Assembly: GCA_964358005.1 (NCBI GenBank)
Contig: CAYHNH010000001.1
Coordinates: 144,775 to 205,391 of the forward strand
Direction: 5' to 3'
From: an uncultured Candidatus Saccharibacteria bacterium
GTDB lineage: Bacteria > Patescibacteriota > Minisyncoccia > Phycocordibacterales > PALSA-1337
DNA length: 60,617 nucleotides
Position 1 is the stretch's first letter, and every line of letters begins with the position of its first letter. Below are positions 35,870 through 44,955 of the stretch, one piece after another. Under the pieces are notes generated by a model. That model was not told the origin of the DNA. It saw only the letters and a program-made list of their open reading frames with translations, and searched no databases. The position numbers and the translations under genes are program-made.

Positions 35870-37039
35870 ATGAAACAATACATAAAAAAACTCGAAGCTC
35901 TAGCCGAGCAAGGCTCAGCGTCCGAACGACGCCTCGAAGCGCTTATGAAAGCCCTGCCTGTCGGGATCACCTTCTCGACTGATGTCACGTGCTCGAACAT
36001 CACCGGGAATCCGTATCTCTTGAAAAAGCTCGAGATGGTGAAGGGGGACAACATCTCTATATCCGCGCGGAACAGGAACATCGTGGGCACTAAGCTAAAG
36101 CATTTTATAAACGGCAAGAGGATAACCGCCGCCGAGATGCCCATGCAGAGAGCGATAGCGGAGAATAGGCAGACGGAGCCTTTGGAGATAGAAGTGGAGC
36201 TTCCCAGCGGCAAGCATTGGACTATGGAAGCCATAGGAGCACCCGTTCGTGATGAAAAAGGCAACGTCGTCGCTTCTGTCGCAGTTAACATTGACCTTAC
36301 TGAACGCAAGCTTGCCGAAGAGGCAAGGAGGCTTGAAAGGATAATATTGCAAGAAAAACAGAAGGTTGAATTTATCTCTGACGCTACCCATGAGCTTCGG
36401 ACCCCGCTCGCGATCATAAGAGGGAATGTAGACCTCGCATTAAGGGAGAGGTCTCCAAGCCCGGAAAAGACCAAGGCATCACTCGACGCCATAAATACCG
36501 AAGTGATATATCTTACGAACCTTCTTTCAGATCTTTCGCTTCTCACAACGAAAAACGCGGATTTCCATAGGAAGGTCGATCTCGGGAAAGCCGATGTGAA
36601 TCGTCTGATACGCCACATAGCGAAGAGGCACTACGGTCTTGCGAAGAAGGCTGGCATCTCGATAGATGTCGACATGAGAGATAGGATATGGGTGGAAGGG
36701 GATGAGTCCTATCTCAAGCGCCTTTTCTCTAATATCGTCAGCAATGCCGTGTATTATGGGAAGAAAGATGGCTCCGTATGGATAACAGGAAAGAACGAGG
36801 GAGGTAAGGCTGTGATCGAGATACGAGATAATGGCATAGGCATATCGAAAAAAGACCTGCCACATATATTCGAACGATTCTACCGGGCTGAGGGCTCGCG
36901 CTCTAAGGATTTCGGCGGCAGCGGCTTGGGGCTAGCCCTCGTCAAATGGATAGCAGAAGCCCATGGAGGCTCTGTTAGCGCGGAGAGCGTCAAAGGCAAG
37001 GGCAGCACGTTCAGGGTCATGTTGCCGATATCGCAATAA
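35870..37039 (+). CDS. Cytoplasmic PAS sensor histidine kinase
   Basis: PAS/PAC; THELRTPL; N box NIVSNA; DNGIGI; GSGLGL; no TM. Confidence 0.95.
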   Translation: MKQYIKKLEALAEQGSASERRLEALMKALPVGITFSTDVTCSNITGNPYLLKKLEMVKGDNISISARNRNIVGTKLKHFINGKRITAAEMPMQRAIAENRQTEPLEIEVELPSGKHWTMEAIGAPVRDEKGNVVASVAVNIDLTERKLAEEARRLERIILQEKQKVEFISDATHELRTPLAIIRGNVDLALRERSPSPEKTKASLDAINTEVIYLTNLLSDLSLLTTKNADFHRKVDLGKADVNRLIRHIAKRHYGLAKKAGISIDVDMRDRIWVEGDESYLKRLFSNIVSNAVYYGKKDGSVWITGKNEGGKAVIEIRDNGIGISKKDLPHIFERFYRAEGSRSKDFGGSGLGLALVKWIAEAHGGSVSAESVKGKGSTFRVMLPISQ

Positions 37040-37059
37040 TCGCCATCAGGGAGCGTCTG
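37032..37059 (+). promoter_or_regulatory. ECF-type promoter
   Basis: CGCAAT-N16-CGTCTG, 8 nt before ATG. Confidence 0.45.
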
Positions 37060-37067
37060 ATATATAT

Positions 37068-37544
37068 ATGATAACCCCAAAAAAGAAGGCGGACATGCCC
37101 GCAGATTTCCTCGAACGCGTCTGGAACGAGAGCATGACCCATGTAAAGACGGTTGTAGACATGGTCTCCGAGCCTTTCCTGATGCTGGATATGGACTTAT
37201 CTGTGGTAGCCGCAAATGAAGCTTATTATGAGATGTTCAAATATATAAGGAAGGATGTTGAGGGAAAGTCTCTCTATGCTCTAGGAAGCGGGGAGTGGGA
37301 TACTGCGTCTCTTCGGGCCAAATTGTCAAAAGTGTCGGAGCATGAGGGTTTCTTCTCTGGATTCCAGATGACTATAAAGGCTAAGTCTGTGGGGTCGAAG
37401 ACCCTGATCCTGAATGCCCGTAATATACAGACCAAAGGAGTTCCGGGCGATTCCGGCCTCCTTTATTCAATGATCCTTCTTGCTATGGAAGACATAACAG
37501 AAATGGTGCTAATCGCCGCGGGCATCAGGAAGAACCTTTTGTAA
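37068..37544 (+). CDS. Stand-alone PAS-domain protein
   Basis: [33 protein letters not shown]...[15 protein letters not shown]. Confidence 0.85.
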   Translation: MITPKKKADMPADFLERVWNESMTHVKTVVDMVSEPFLMLDMDLSVVAANEAYYEMFKYIRKDVEGKSLYALGSGEWDTASLRAKLSKVSEHEGFFSGFQMTIKAKSVGSKTLILNARNIQTKGVPGDSGLLYSMILLAMEDITEMVLIAAGIRKNLL

Positions 37545-37567
37545 TATACCTTCTCAGCAAACGGCCT
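37540..37567 (+). promoter_or_regulatory. ECF-type promoter (leaderless)
   Basis: TGTAAT-N16-CGGCCT, 6 nt before ATG. Confidence 0.6.
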
Positions 37568-37573
37568 GGTTGC

Positions 37574-39070
37574 ATGAGAAAGACCATAATAGCTACGGGC
37601 GTATTCGCTTTATCCATAATAGGGATAGTATCGGCATTCGCTGGAGGAGGCGCAGGATCGGTGTTCAATACAGCGCGAGCCGATGACAGTCCCTGCGTGG
37701 CGGGAGGTCGTCTGACCTATGACCAGGCTGTCGACGCCTACGCCAGGGGAGAATTGAGGATAGATCGTCGCCCCGACTTGGCCGCGAACCGTGTCGATAT
37801 AACGGTTACGAACGGCACGCTCTGTTCAGTCGCTGTCAGCATGGGATCATATAAGATGTTCGGACCGTACAGCCTGTCTACGCAATCGCAGCAGGAATTC
37901 TTCGACGGCACGCAGACTGCGGACATACCTGCCGGTGGAAGCCAGAATCTCGCAGTGAACCTGCCCAACTGTGCTGCACAATACGACATCTGGTATGGCG
38001 ATGTTATGACAGTCCTCATTGACAATCAGCCTTACGGCAATCTCCTTGCCGGGGATCAGGTCAACCAAAACAATTTTTGTACGCATCCAGTTACACCGAT
38101 CGCCGCCAGCCTCTCGGCTGATGCGACCTGTGTAGTCCCCGGCACGAACATCGCTTTTATAGCCGCTATCACTGGGGATGGCATCACCTCGAAAACCCTC
38201 GAAAAAGACACTAATGCCGACGGAGCATATGGAGAAGTCGTCTCGTATGGACCAGGACCAGGAACTCACGCGTTTACGAGCGCTGAAGTGCCGAGCTATT
38301 CAGGGACTTATTCCATAAAGCTCATGGTGAATGGCACTGAAAGGGCGAGGAAAGATGTCACTGTGAATATTTCCTGCGGCCCTGTAGCTACTCCGTTGCC
38401 CACACCAACTCCGACCCCAGTTGCGACTCCCTCACCGACCCCAGTAGCTACTCCGTCGCCCACACCAACTCCGACTCCAGTAGCGACTCCTTCACCAACT
38501 CCGACTCCAGTTGCGACTCCCTTACCGACCCCAGTAGCTACTCCGGCGCCCACGTCCACGCCCACGCCGACACCAACTCCTACAGTTACCCCTTCGCCGG
38601 CCCCCGTGACTCTCGCCGTAGTGACCCAACCTATAGTCAATTCTCAAGGAGGTGGAGGACCGATGATCAGTATGACAAAGGTTCCGAGCCCAGCTGCGTT
38701 GCCTGACGGGCCTGGCCTGGTGACTTACACGTATACCGTTTGGAATGACAATAACCAGCTCGATCTGACGGACGTTTCAGTGGTCGATGACAAGTGCGGC
38801 CCGCTGGCGTTCTTATCAGGAGACAAGAACAACAATCGCAAGCTCGACCCATATGAGAGGTGGATATACGCCTGCACATCCAGATTGACCGTGACGACTA
38901 CCAACACTGCTGTGGCGATCGGATACAACGACAATCCATCGCGCCAACCAGTGACAGCCACAGTGATTGCTACTGTGGTTGTAGGCACGCCGCCCGTCGC
39001 CCCATCTCCGGCGGTTATCGAATTCTACGCGCCAGACTATCCGAATGCCGGATTTGCGCCTTGGAAATAG
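37574..39070 (+). CDS. Secreted Pro/Thr-linker surface protein, putative sortase substrate
   Basis: Signal peptide; Ig-like domains; VTYTYTV.N..L..V.V.DDKC; C-terminal YPNAGFAP. Confidence 0.8.
   Translation: MRKTIIATGVFALSIIGIVSAFAGGGAGSVFNTARADDSPCVAGGRLTYDQAVDAYARGELRIDRRPDLAANRVDITVTNGTLCSVAVSMGSYKMFGPYSLSTQSQQEFFDGTQTADIPAGGSQNLAVNLPNCAAQYDIWYGDVMTVLIDNQPYGNLLAGDQVNQNNFCTHPVTPIAASLSADATCVVPGTNIAFIAAITGDGITSKTLEKDTNADGAYGEVVSYGPGPGTHAFTSAEVPSYSGTYSIKLMVNGTERARKDVTVNISCGPVATPLPTPTPTPVATPSPTPVATPSPTPTPTPVATPSPTPTPVATPLPTPVATPAPTSTPTPTPTPTVTPSPAPVTLAVVTQPIVNSQGGGGPMISMTKVPSPAALPDGPGLVTYTYTVWNDNNQLDLTDVSVVDDKCGPLAFLSGDKNNNRKLDPYERWIYACTSRLTVTTTNTAVAIGYNDNPSRQPVTATVIATVVVGTPPVAPSPAVIEFYAPDYPNAGFAPWK
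38381..38602 (+). repeat. Pro-Thr low-complexity tandem repeats ([12 protein letters not shown])n
   Basis: Recurrent ccagtagctactccg / ccaactccgac units. Confidence 0.85.
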
Positions 39071-39073
39071 CAC

Positions 39074-39721
39074 ATGGCCTTACGACAATTACATAGATTC
39101 GCGTTGATAGCGGTCATATTATCAGCTGTGCCGCTCATTCCGCTCGCAGCGATGCATGCAGTCAAGGTCCAGAGGGCGGGGGAAGCTGCAGATGAAGCAG
39201 AGCAGCTCGCTCTGATGCAACGCCGGCTCATCGAGGAGCAGACGACATTTAGCAGGCCCGTTAGGATACGCATACCGGCGATCGGTGTCGATGTCAAGAT
39301 CGAACATGTCGGTCTGAACCAGGACGGTTCCCTGGGGGCCCCAGCCGGCCCGAAGACCGCTGGGTGGTTCTTTGCCGGACCGATCCCAGGCAAGGCTGGC
39401 AGCGCTATCATAGCGGGTCACTCGGGCTGGAGCCGTGGCGTCAAAGCCGCCTTTGACGAGCTCTACAGGCTCCGCCCAGGAGAAAGGATATATCTCGAGG
39501 ATCAGAAGGGTATAACCATCACATTCGTTGTGAAGAGCTCCGGACGATATGGCGAAAAGAGCAGCACATCAGAGGTGTTCAACTCCTCCGACGGTCTGCC
39601 GCATCTAAATCTGATCACCTGCGGCGGCACGTGGAATGCAGAGAGCAAGAGCTATTCTGACCGCGTCGTGGTCTTCAGCGATTTTTATCCAGAGCAAGCC
39701 GCATCGGTGGTCCAGATCTAG
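39074..39721 (+). CDS. Class F sortase
   Basis: N-terminal TM; PVRIRIPAIGVD; AGWF..GP.PG..GSAIIAGH; LNLITC; RVVVF. Confidence 0.93.
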   Translation: MALRQLHRFALIAVILSAVPLIPLAAMHAVKVQRAGEAADEAEQLALMQRRLIEEQTTFSRPVRIRIPAIGVDVKIEHVGLNQDGSLGAPAGPKTAGWFFAGPIPGKAGSAIIAGHSGWSRGVKAAFDELYRLRPGERIYLEDQKGITITFVVKSSGRYGEKSSTSEVFNSSDGLPHLNLITCGGTWNAESKSYSDRVVVFSDFYPEQAASVVQI

Positions 39722-39724
39722 TCC

Positions 39725-39752
39725 TGTAATGATGACGGAGACCCTACGGCAT
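39725..39752 (+). promoter_or_regulatory. ECF-type promoter
   Basis: TGTAAT-N16-CGGCAT. Confidence 0.6.
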
Positions 39753-39830
39753 CAATGCGATGGAGCAAAAAGGCAGGTCGAGCTTTATACCCACATGGAT
39801 TTACAAGCATTAAACAAAACAATTCAAAAT

Positions 39831-40508
39831 ATGAAAAACAAGATATTCGGTACAGGCATCCTAGTAGCAGGCATACTGGCGATCAGCATCCCCTCATTTG
39901 CGAGCGCCGCCACGCTCAACCGCGAGCTGCAGTTCGGAATGAGCGGCACAGACGTGTCAGCGGTCCAAACATTCCTGGCCACTGACCGAGCCCTTTATCC
40001 GCAGGGAATGGTAACAGGCTACTTCGGGTCTTTCACAAAATCCGCAGTCACCAACTTCCAGTTGAGGAATGAGATCCCGGCTGTCGGCCGTATCGGTCCG
40101 ATGACTCTCCCGATCATCAATCTGCAGATGTCTACCGGCATGTACATGGGCATGAGTTACGCGGGAGTCCCTACTGGCGTTTACTCAGGTGGAGATGTCA
40201 ACGCTCCGATACTGAGCAACTTGGGCATCAATACAGCCAACACCAGCGCTGTCGTCGCTTGGAATACGAACGAGCTCGCCACAGGCGTCGTCTACTACAG
40301 CACGAGCCCGCTCAATGTATCAGAGAGCATGACATCGGTCAGCGCGAGCGGCAATAAGGCTATGACAGACTCGAGTCTGCGCACTTCGCAGAGCATAGCC
40401 ATAGCAGGACTTCAAGCCGGAACGACTTACTACTACCTGGTCTACACGACGGACGCTTCGGGCAATGTGACGATCACATGGCCGTCGACCTTCCAGACGA
40501 AGAACTAG
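39831..40508 (+). CDS. Secreted PG-binding plus FN3-like protein
   Basis: Signal peptide; LQFGMSGTDVSAVQTFL..TGYFG; WNTNE..GLQAGTTYYY. Confidence 0.85.
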   Translation: MKNKIFGTGILVAGILAISIPSFASAATLNRELQFGMSGTDVSAVQTFLATDRALYPQGMVTGYFGSFTKSAVTNFQLRNEIPAVGRIGPMTLPIINLQMSTGMYMGMSYAGVPTGVYSGGDVNAPILSNLGINTANTSAVVAWNTNELATGVVYYSTSPLNVSESMTSVSASGNKAMTDSSLRTSQSIAIAGLQAGTTYYYLVYTTDASGNVTITWPSTFQTKN

Positions 40509-40534
40509 CTAGCAGTTGTAGATCGGTTGCATGC

Positions 40535-40560
40535 AAAAGCCGCCCCCTGAGGCGGTTTTT
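40535..40560. terminator. Bidirectional terminator
   Basis: aaaagccgcc-ccctga-ggcggttttt between convergent genes. Confidence 0.75.
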
Positions 40561-40574
40561 GTTGCATCGATAGA

Positions 40575-41066
40575 TCACGATTCTGCCTGCTTTTCTAGCG
40601 ACAGGCCGGAATTCTTTTCGAGAGCGCCTATGATCTCTATCTCTTTGCCCATGTAGAAGATGATAAGGGTATCATCCACATGTATATGCACGTCCTTTTT
40701 CCAGTTGTGCGGCGATGAATCGCCGATGTGTTCGTACTTCTTAGCAAATTCTGAAGCTTCGCTGTACGCTTTCTGTCTATCAGGGTATTCGAATACCTGG
40801 ATATTGTCGCCTTTGAATGCAACCATGCGGCCGGGGACGGATAGACCTTTACGCAGCACCTTACCGCTTGATACAGGCTCTAGCTGGCTCTCCTTGAGTT
40901 CTGATATCAGCTGTTCTGTCGCGAGCCCGAGACGGGTTTGCTCGGAGGAGGCCATCGCGATCGAGACCTCGCCGGGATCGTAGAAAAGCTTTAGAAATAG
41001 CGCTGACAGAATCAACGCATCGGCGATGGCGGCGTATAGGATAAATTTTTTTAGGAAGGCATTCAT
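40575..41066 (-). CDS. Membrane-anchored hypothetical protein
   Basis: N-terminal TM; IQVFEY..W...H....LIIFYMG. Confidence 0.7.
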   Translation of the reverse strand: MNAFLKKFILYAAIADALILSALFLKLFYDPGEVSIAMASSEQTRLGLATEQLISELKESQLEPVSSGKVLRKGLSVPGRMVAFKGDNIQVFEYPDRQKAYSEASEFAKKYEHIGDSSPHNWKKDVHIHVDDTLIIFYMGKEIEIIGALEKNSGLSLEKQAES

Positions 41067-41073
41067 GCACTTA

Positions 41074-41101
41074 ATGACGCCAAAGGGCTTGCTGCATTAC
41101 A
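41074..41101 (-). promoter_or_regulatory. ECF-type promoter (leaderless)
   Basis: TGTAAT-N16-CGTCAT, 7 nt before ATG. Confidence 0.65.
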
Positions 41102-41127
41102 TAAAACCGCCCAATGGGCGGTTTTAT
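41101..41127. terminator. Symmetric terminator
   Basis: ataaaaccgccca-a-tgggcggttttat. Confidence 0.8.
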
Positions 41128-41182
41128 GCCGATAGTGCATGCTCCAGTAAGGCTTGGAGCATATGAATCCGGACCGTGCTAG

Positions 41183-41833
41183 CTAGATGGAAGCGGTCGT
41201 TGTCGCCGTGGTCGAAGCTGTCACGACGATGGGGAGCGTGACCGATACTTTCGCGCCGCTCTGATCCTTCACTGTGAATTTGGCCGTATATGTTCCGGCG
41301 GAGGCAAAGGCGTGAGTGAACGTGGAGCTTGTCACATAGGGCTGCCAGAACCAGAACCAATTGCTCCATATGCTGTCGCCGAAATTGGCTTTGTACGACA
41401 ACATTTCGTTTTCAGGATCTGAAGCATTGATGGTCCAGGTCGCTGACTGTCCAGCGACTACCGTAGTCGTGCCTGCGATCGAATCAATCACCGGAGACAG
41501 ATTCTTGATAACAGACTTGGTGCTTGTGCCATTCCTGCCGGTAAGCTTCTTCTGTATCCCTGGAGGCAGGGCGATCGTGGAGCTTGCCGTAGTCGTGCCG
41601 TTGGTCTTGATGTATCCAGGCGCGACGAGCTGGCCGTAAGCGTTGCCGTTGCCCTGGGCATTAACGGCAGACGAGGAACTTCCCGTCCCAAAGCTTACGT
41701 TTGCGTTGAGAGACGCACCGGCGCCGACCCCGACCGTCTCGAGCGGGCCCTTCGCGAGTGCCGCGACAGGCGAGAGCGCTAGAGCGAGGGTCAAGAACGA
41801 GCCTATCGCTATGGAACTATATGTTTTTTTCAT
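41183..41833 (-). CDS. Secreted PKD-domain protein
   Basis: Signal peptide; LPPGIQKKL; WTINASDPE..FGD..FTHAF..GTYTAKFTVKD. Confidence 0.8.
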   Translation of the reverse strand: MKKTYSSIAIGSFLTLALALSPVAALAKGPLETVGVGAGASLNANVSFGTGSSSSAVNAQGNGNAYGQLVAPGYIKTNGTTTASSTIALPPGIQKKLTGRNGTSTKSVIKNLSPVIDSIAGTTTVVAGQSATWTINASDPENEMLSYKANFGDSIWSNWFWFWQPYVTSSTFTHAFASAGTYTAKFTVKDQSGAKVSVTLPIVVTASTTATTTASI

Positions 41834-41881
41834 AGATTTATTATCCTTATGAATGATAATGCACCCGACGGTGCACCTAAA

Positions 41882-41909
41882 GTAACGCTAGCTTCGTATG
41901 GATGTTACA
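41882..41909 (-). promoter_or_regulatory. ECF-type promoter
   Basis: TGTAAC-N16-CGTTAC. Confidence 0.55.
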
Positions 41910-42033
41910 AGCACAGATCAGAGCTGACTTTGATGCGGCCTGGAAACGGCCGGTTAAATGCGGACGGAGAATGAGCCTGATCTGATTGAAAAGGAGCCAT
42001 AGGGTCACAGGATTCTCGTGAATTATCAATTCA

Positions 42034-42061
42034 TGTAAGAATGCCTTTTCATATCCGTCTA
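42034..42061 (+). promoter_or_regulatory. ECF-type autoregulatory promoter (leaderless)
   Basis: TGTAAG-N16-CGTCTA, 6 nt before the sigma ATG. Confidence 0.7.
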
Positions 42062-42067
42062 AATCAC

Positions 42068-42595
42068 ATGACGACCCAAGACTCCCTGAAATCAACTTTC
42101 AACGCAACTTATCAGGCTGAGGCTGATGCGATTTTCAGGTTTTGCCTAGTCAGAGTCTCGGATCGCGAGCAGGCTCTAGACCTGGTGCAGGAGACATTCA
42201 CCAGGCTGTGGAAGACGCTCTCGAGCGGCAAGGAGATGTCGAACAGTCGGGCTTTTCTGTTTACTGTAGCCCACAGGCTCATCATCGACTGGTACCGCAA
42301 GAAGAAATCGCTCTCTCTCGAGAGTATGTCGAATGAGGAAAGTGGGGAATCATACGACCATGCCGACGAAGCGACGATGTATACTGGTCTGGAGATGGGG
42401 TCCGAGGGCAGGTTCCTTTTAGAGAAGATAAGAGAGCTCAACCCATCGTATCGGCAGGCCGTATATCTCCGGTTCGTAGAGGGGCTCCCGCCGCCGGAGA
42501 TAGGCGACATATTGGGGATATCAGCCAATGCCGCATCCGTCCGAATCAATCGAGGTATCAAAGAGCTTCGGAATCTGACTGGATATGATGTATAA
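42068..42595 (+). CDS. ECF sigma-70 factor
   Basis: IFRFC..RV.DRE.A.DLVQETF, RAFLF.VAHRLIIDWYRK, EIGDILGISANAASVRINRG. Confidence 0.93.
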   Translation: MTTQDSLKSTFNATYQAEADAIFRFCLVRVSDREQALDLVQETFTRLWKTLSSGKEMSNSRAFLFTVAHRLIIDWYRKKKSLSLESMSNEESGESYDHADEATMYTGLEMGSEGRFLLEKIRELNPSYRQAVYLRFVEGLPPPEIGDILGISANAASVRINRGIKELRNLTGYDV

Positions 42596-42630
42596 AATGA
42601 ACCAAAACGTAGAGTGAATAAACCAATAGT

Positions 42631-43380
42631 TTGAATAAACCAATAGAAAAAGCTATAGAAGAAATAAAAGGGATCAGGATGACTTCTGGCGAGCGCGAAA
42701 TCCTGAGGGACAAGCTCGCGAGGATCACAACGGAAAAGGATGCGGCCGGAACTCCGGCCGCATCTCAGTTTGAGAGCCCTTATAGATTCTACAGGCTCTG
42801 GGATAATGCCGAGCGGAACTGGCCGGCGGCTGTTTCGGCCCTCATCATCATCCTGCTGGCGCTCGGCGGCGGCGGTGTAGCTCTTGCGGCCCAGAGGGCT
42901 TTGCCGGGCGACAGGCTGTATGCTGTCAAAGTCAGTGTCATCGAGCCTGTCACAGGCGCATTCAGGGGCACGGGAGAAGCTTTGGCTGTGTGGCAGGCGA
43001 GCTTGGTTTCTACCAGGCTCTCCGAGGTGGAGACTTTGGCGAGCGAAGGCAAGTTGAATGATGAAAAGCGCACTAGGATCGAAGGTTTGCTTGATAAGCA
43101 TACAGCGGCTTTCTCGCAGGCGCGAGGTCATGTCGAGAAGAATGAATCACCCGAAAAGGCCAGGGATGTGAGCGAGACCTTGAAGGCGTCGATATCTGGC
43201 CATGTGAATCTTCTGAATCAGATAACGGTTGCGGCCAGCACGACGGCGACGTCCAGCCGTTCCAAGGAGAATGCTCAAGCCGCTTCACTCATAAAGGCTA
43301 AAGCCGAAGCTCATACAAAGGATGCCGAGAGCTCTTGGAGCTTGCCGTCAATAGACAAAAAAGAGTTGAAGGGGTTGTGA
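42631..43380 (+). CDS. DUF5667-like membrane protein, putative anti-sigma
   Basis: Single TM followed by AQRALPGDRLYAVKV.V.E and RLSE; directly after the ECF sigma; start codon uncertain. Confidence 0.75.
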   Translation: MNKPIEKAIEEIKGIRMTSGEREILRDKLARITTEKDAAGTPAASQFESPYRFYRLWDNAERNWPAAVSALIIILLALGGGGVALAAQRALPGDRLYAVKVSVIEPVTGAFRGTGEALAVWQASLVSTRLSEVETLASEGKLNDEKRTRIEGLLDKHTAAFSQARGHVEKNESPEKARDVSETLKASISGHVNLLNQITVAASTTATSSRSKENAQAASLIKAKAEAHTKDAESSWSLPSIDKKELKGL

Positions 43381-43812
43381 ATAATAAAAATCAGGATGCG
43401 ATAGGGGGAGGGCATCAGTCTTCCTTCAGCTCAACTTTTTTCATTTACAATAATAGGAGAATATGCTGTTAAATGTCATTGTGCCTTTCCTGTTACACAA
43501 ACAAGTGAGGAAGCTGCGTTAGCGATTGCTAACTAAGGTGGAATTTTTTCTACATAACACCACATCTGTCATTTACTGTATATAAAAATAGTAGGCGTAG
43601 CCGAAGGGTAATACCCCTTGGCGCTAGTGCTTATCCGCATGGTAATTTTGGTCTGACGAAATACTTCTACGGTCCATTGAGTATCGAATCTTGACCATTC
43701 AAGGCCATTCTGTTAGTGTATGCCTTACCTCCATATACCCGGTATTTAGAGGAAATAGCGATTGGAAGCGAGATTCGCCTATAGGCGGACAAGCTAACCA
43801 ATCCAATTTTAC

Positions 43813-43998
43813 ATGGCGAAAACATCAGTAATAGCAAGGTCGAAAAAAACGCCGAAATTCAAGTCGCGCGTCGTTAGGCGTTGTTTCCGCTGTGGCCGCA
43901 AGCGTGGTTATATGCGCGATTTCGATATATGCCGCATCTGCTTCCGTGAATTCGCGAACGAAGGCATGATCCCAGGCATTAAGAAGTCTTCCTGGTAA
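43813..43998 (+). CDS. rpsN: 30S ribosomal protein S14, Zn-binding type
   Basis: RCFRCGR..ICRICFRE..IPGIKKSSW. Confidence 0.97.
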   Translation: MAKTSVIARSKKTPKFKSRVVRRCFRCGRKRGYMRDFDICRICFREFANEGMIPGIKKSSW

Positions 43999-44008
43999 AT
44001 TTAAATAT

Positions 44009-44404
44009 ATGGTAACCGACCCTATTTCAGATCTCATAATCCGCCTCAAGAATGGCTCCGATGCCAAGAAGCCTATTGTTTCAGTGCCTTATTCGAAGTT
44101 CGCTGAGAATATAGCCCATGCTCTCAAGAAAGCCGGCTATGTAGAGAGCGTCGAGAAGAAGGGCAAAGACCTCGTGAAGACTCTCGAGATAGGCATGCTC
44201 TATGTCCCGGGAAGCGGCGCCCGCATTCACGGAGTTGATCGCATTTCGAAGTCATCGCGCCGTGTTTACCAGAAGGCCGAGGATATCCGCACATATCGCA
44301 GCGGCTTCGGCAATACGATATATTCGACATCCAAGGGTGTCCTGACAGACATGGAGGCAAAGAGGACAAAGGTCGGTGGGGAGGTTTTGTTTAAGATCTG
44401 GTAA
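44009..44404 (+). CDS. rpsH: 30S ribosomal protein S8
   Basis: TDPISD..IR.KN, STSKGV, GGEVL. Confidence 0.98.
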   Translation: MVTDPISDLIIRLKNGSDAKKPIVSVPYSKFAENIAHALKKAGYVESVEKKGKDLVKTLEIGMLYVPGSGARIHGVDRISKSSRRVYQKAEDIRTYRSGFGNTIYSTSKGVLTDMEAKRTKVGGEVLFKIW

Positions 44405-44413
44405 TACAATCAT

Positions 44414-44947
44414 ATGTCACGCCTCGCCAAAAAACCGATAACGATACCGCCGAAGACTGAAGTCTCATATTCAGCAGGTGTCATCACAGTGAAGGGCCCT
44501 CTGGGCACTCTCTCGAAGACATTCAGGCCCATGGTCAATGTCGCCATAGCCGATGGCGCGGTTCAGTTGACCCCGGCCAATGATTCTATCGCGACCCGCG
44601 CCATGATCGGCACATACGTCTCCCATCTCAAGAACATGATGGCAGGAGTGAATAAGGTCTATGAGAAGAAGCTCATCGTCGAGGGTATCGGCTTCAAAGC
44701 TGATGTCAAAGGCAAAGACCTTGTATTGGCTCTGGGCTTCTCACACGGGATAAATATGCCTATCCCAGCCGATCTCAAGGTCGTTTCCGAGAAGAACACC
44801 ATCACCATATCCGGCATAGATTGTGAGAAGGTCGGTCAGTTCGCTGCTGACGTGAGGTCCAAGAAGAAGCCGGAGCCATACCTCGGCAAGGGAGTGCGAT
44901 ATTCCGACGAGGTCATAAGGAGGAAGCAGGGCAAGAAGGCAGCATAA
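44414..44947 (+). CDS. rplF: 50S ribosomal protein L6
   Basis: VKGPLG.L, LGFSH, PEPY.GKGVRY. Confidence 0.98.
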   Translation: MSRLAKKPITIPPKTEVSYSAGVITVKGPLGTLSKTFRPMVNVAIADGAVQLTPANDSIATRAMIGTYVSHLKNMMAGVNKVYEKKLIVEGIGFKADVKGKDLVLALGFSHGINMPIPADLKVVSEKNTITISGIDCEKVGQFAADVRSKKKPEPYLGKGVRYSDEVIRRKQGKKAA

Positions 44948-44955
44948 ATACCAAC

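Noticed and set aside
38381-38602. Possible CRISPR array
   Set aside because: Degenerate coding Pro-Thr repeats without unique spacers; no cas genes
34408-43812. Island as prophage, ICE or transposon
   Set aside because: No integrase, transposase, phage genes or flanking direct repeats seen
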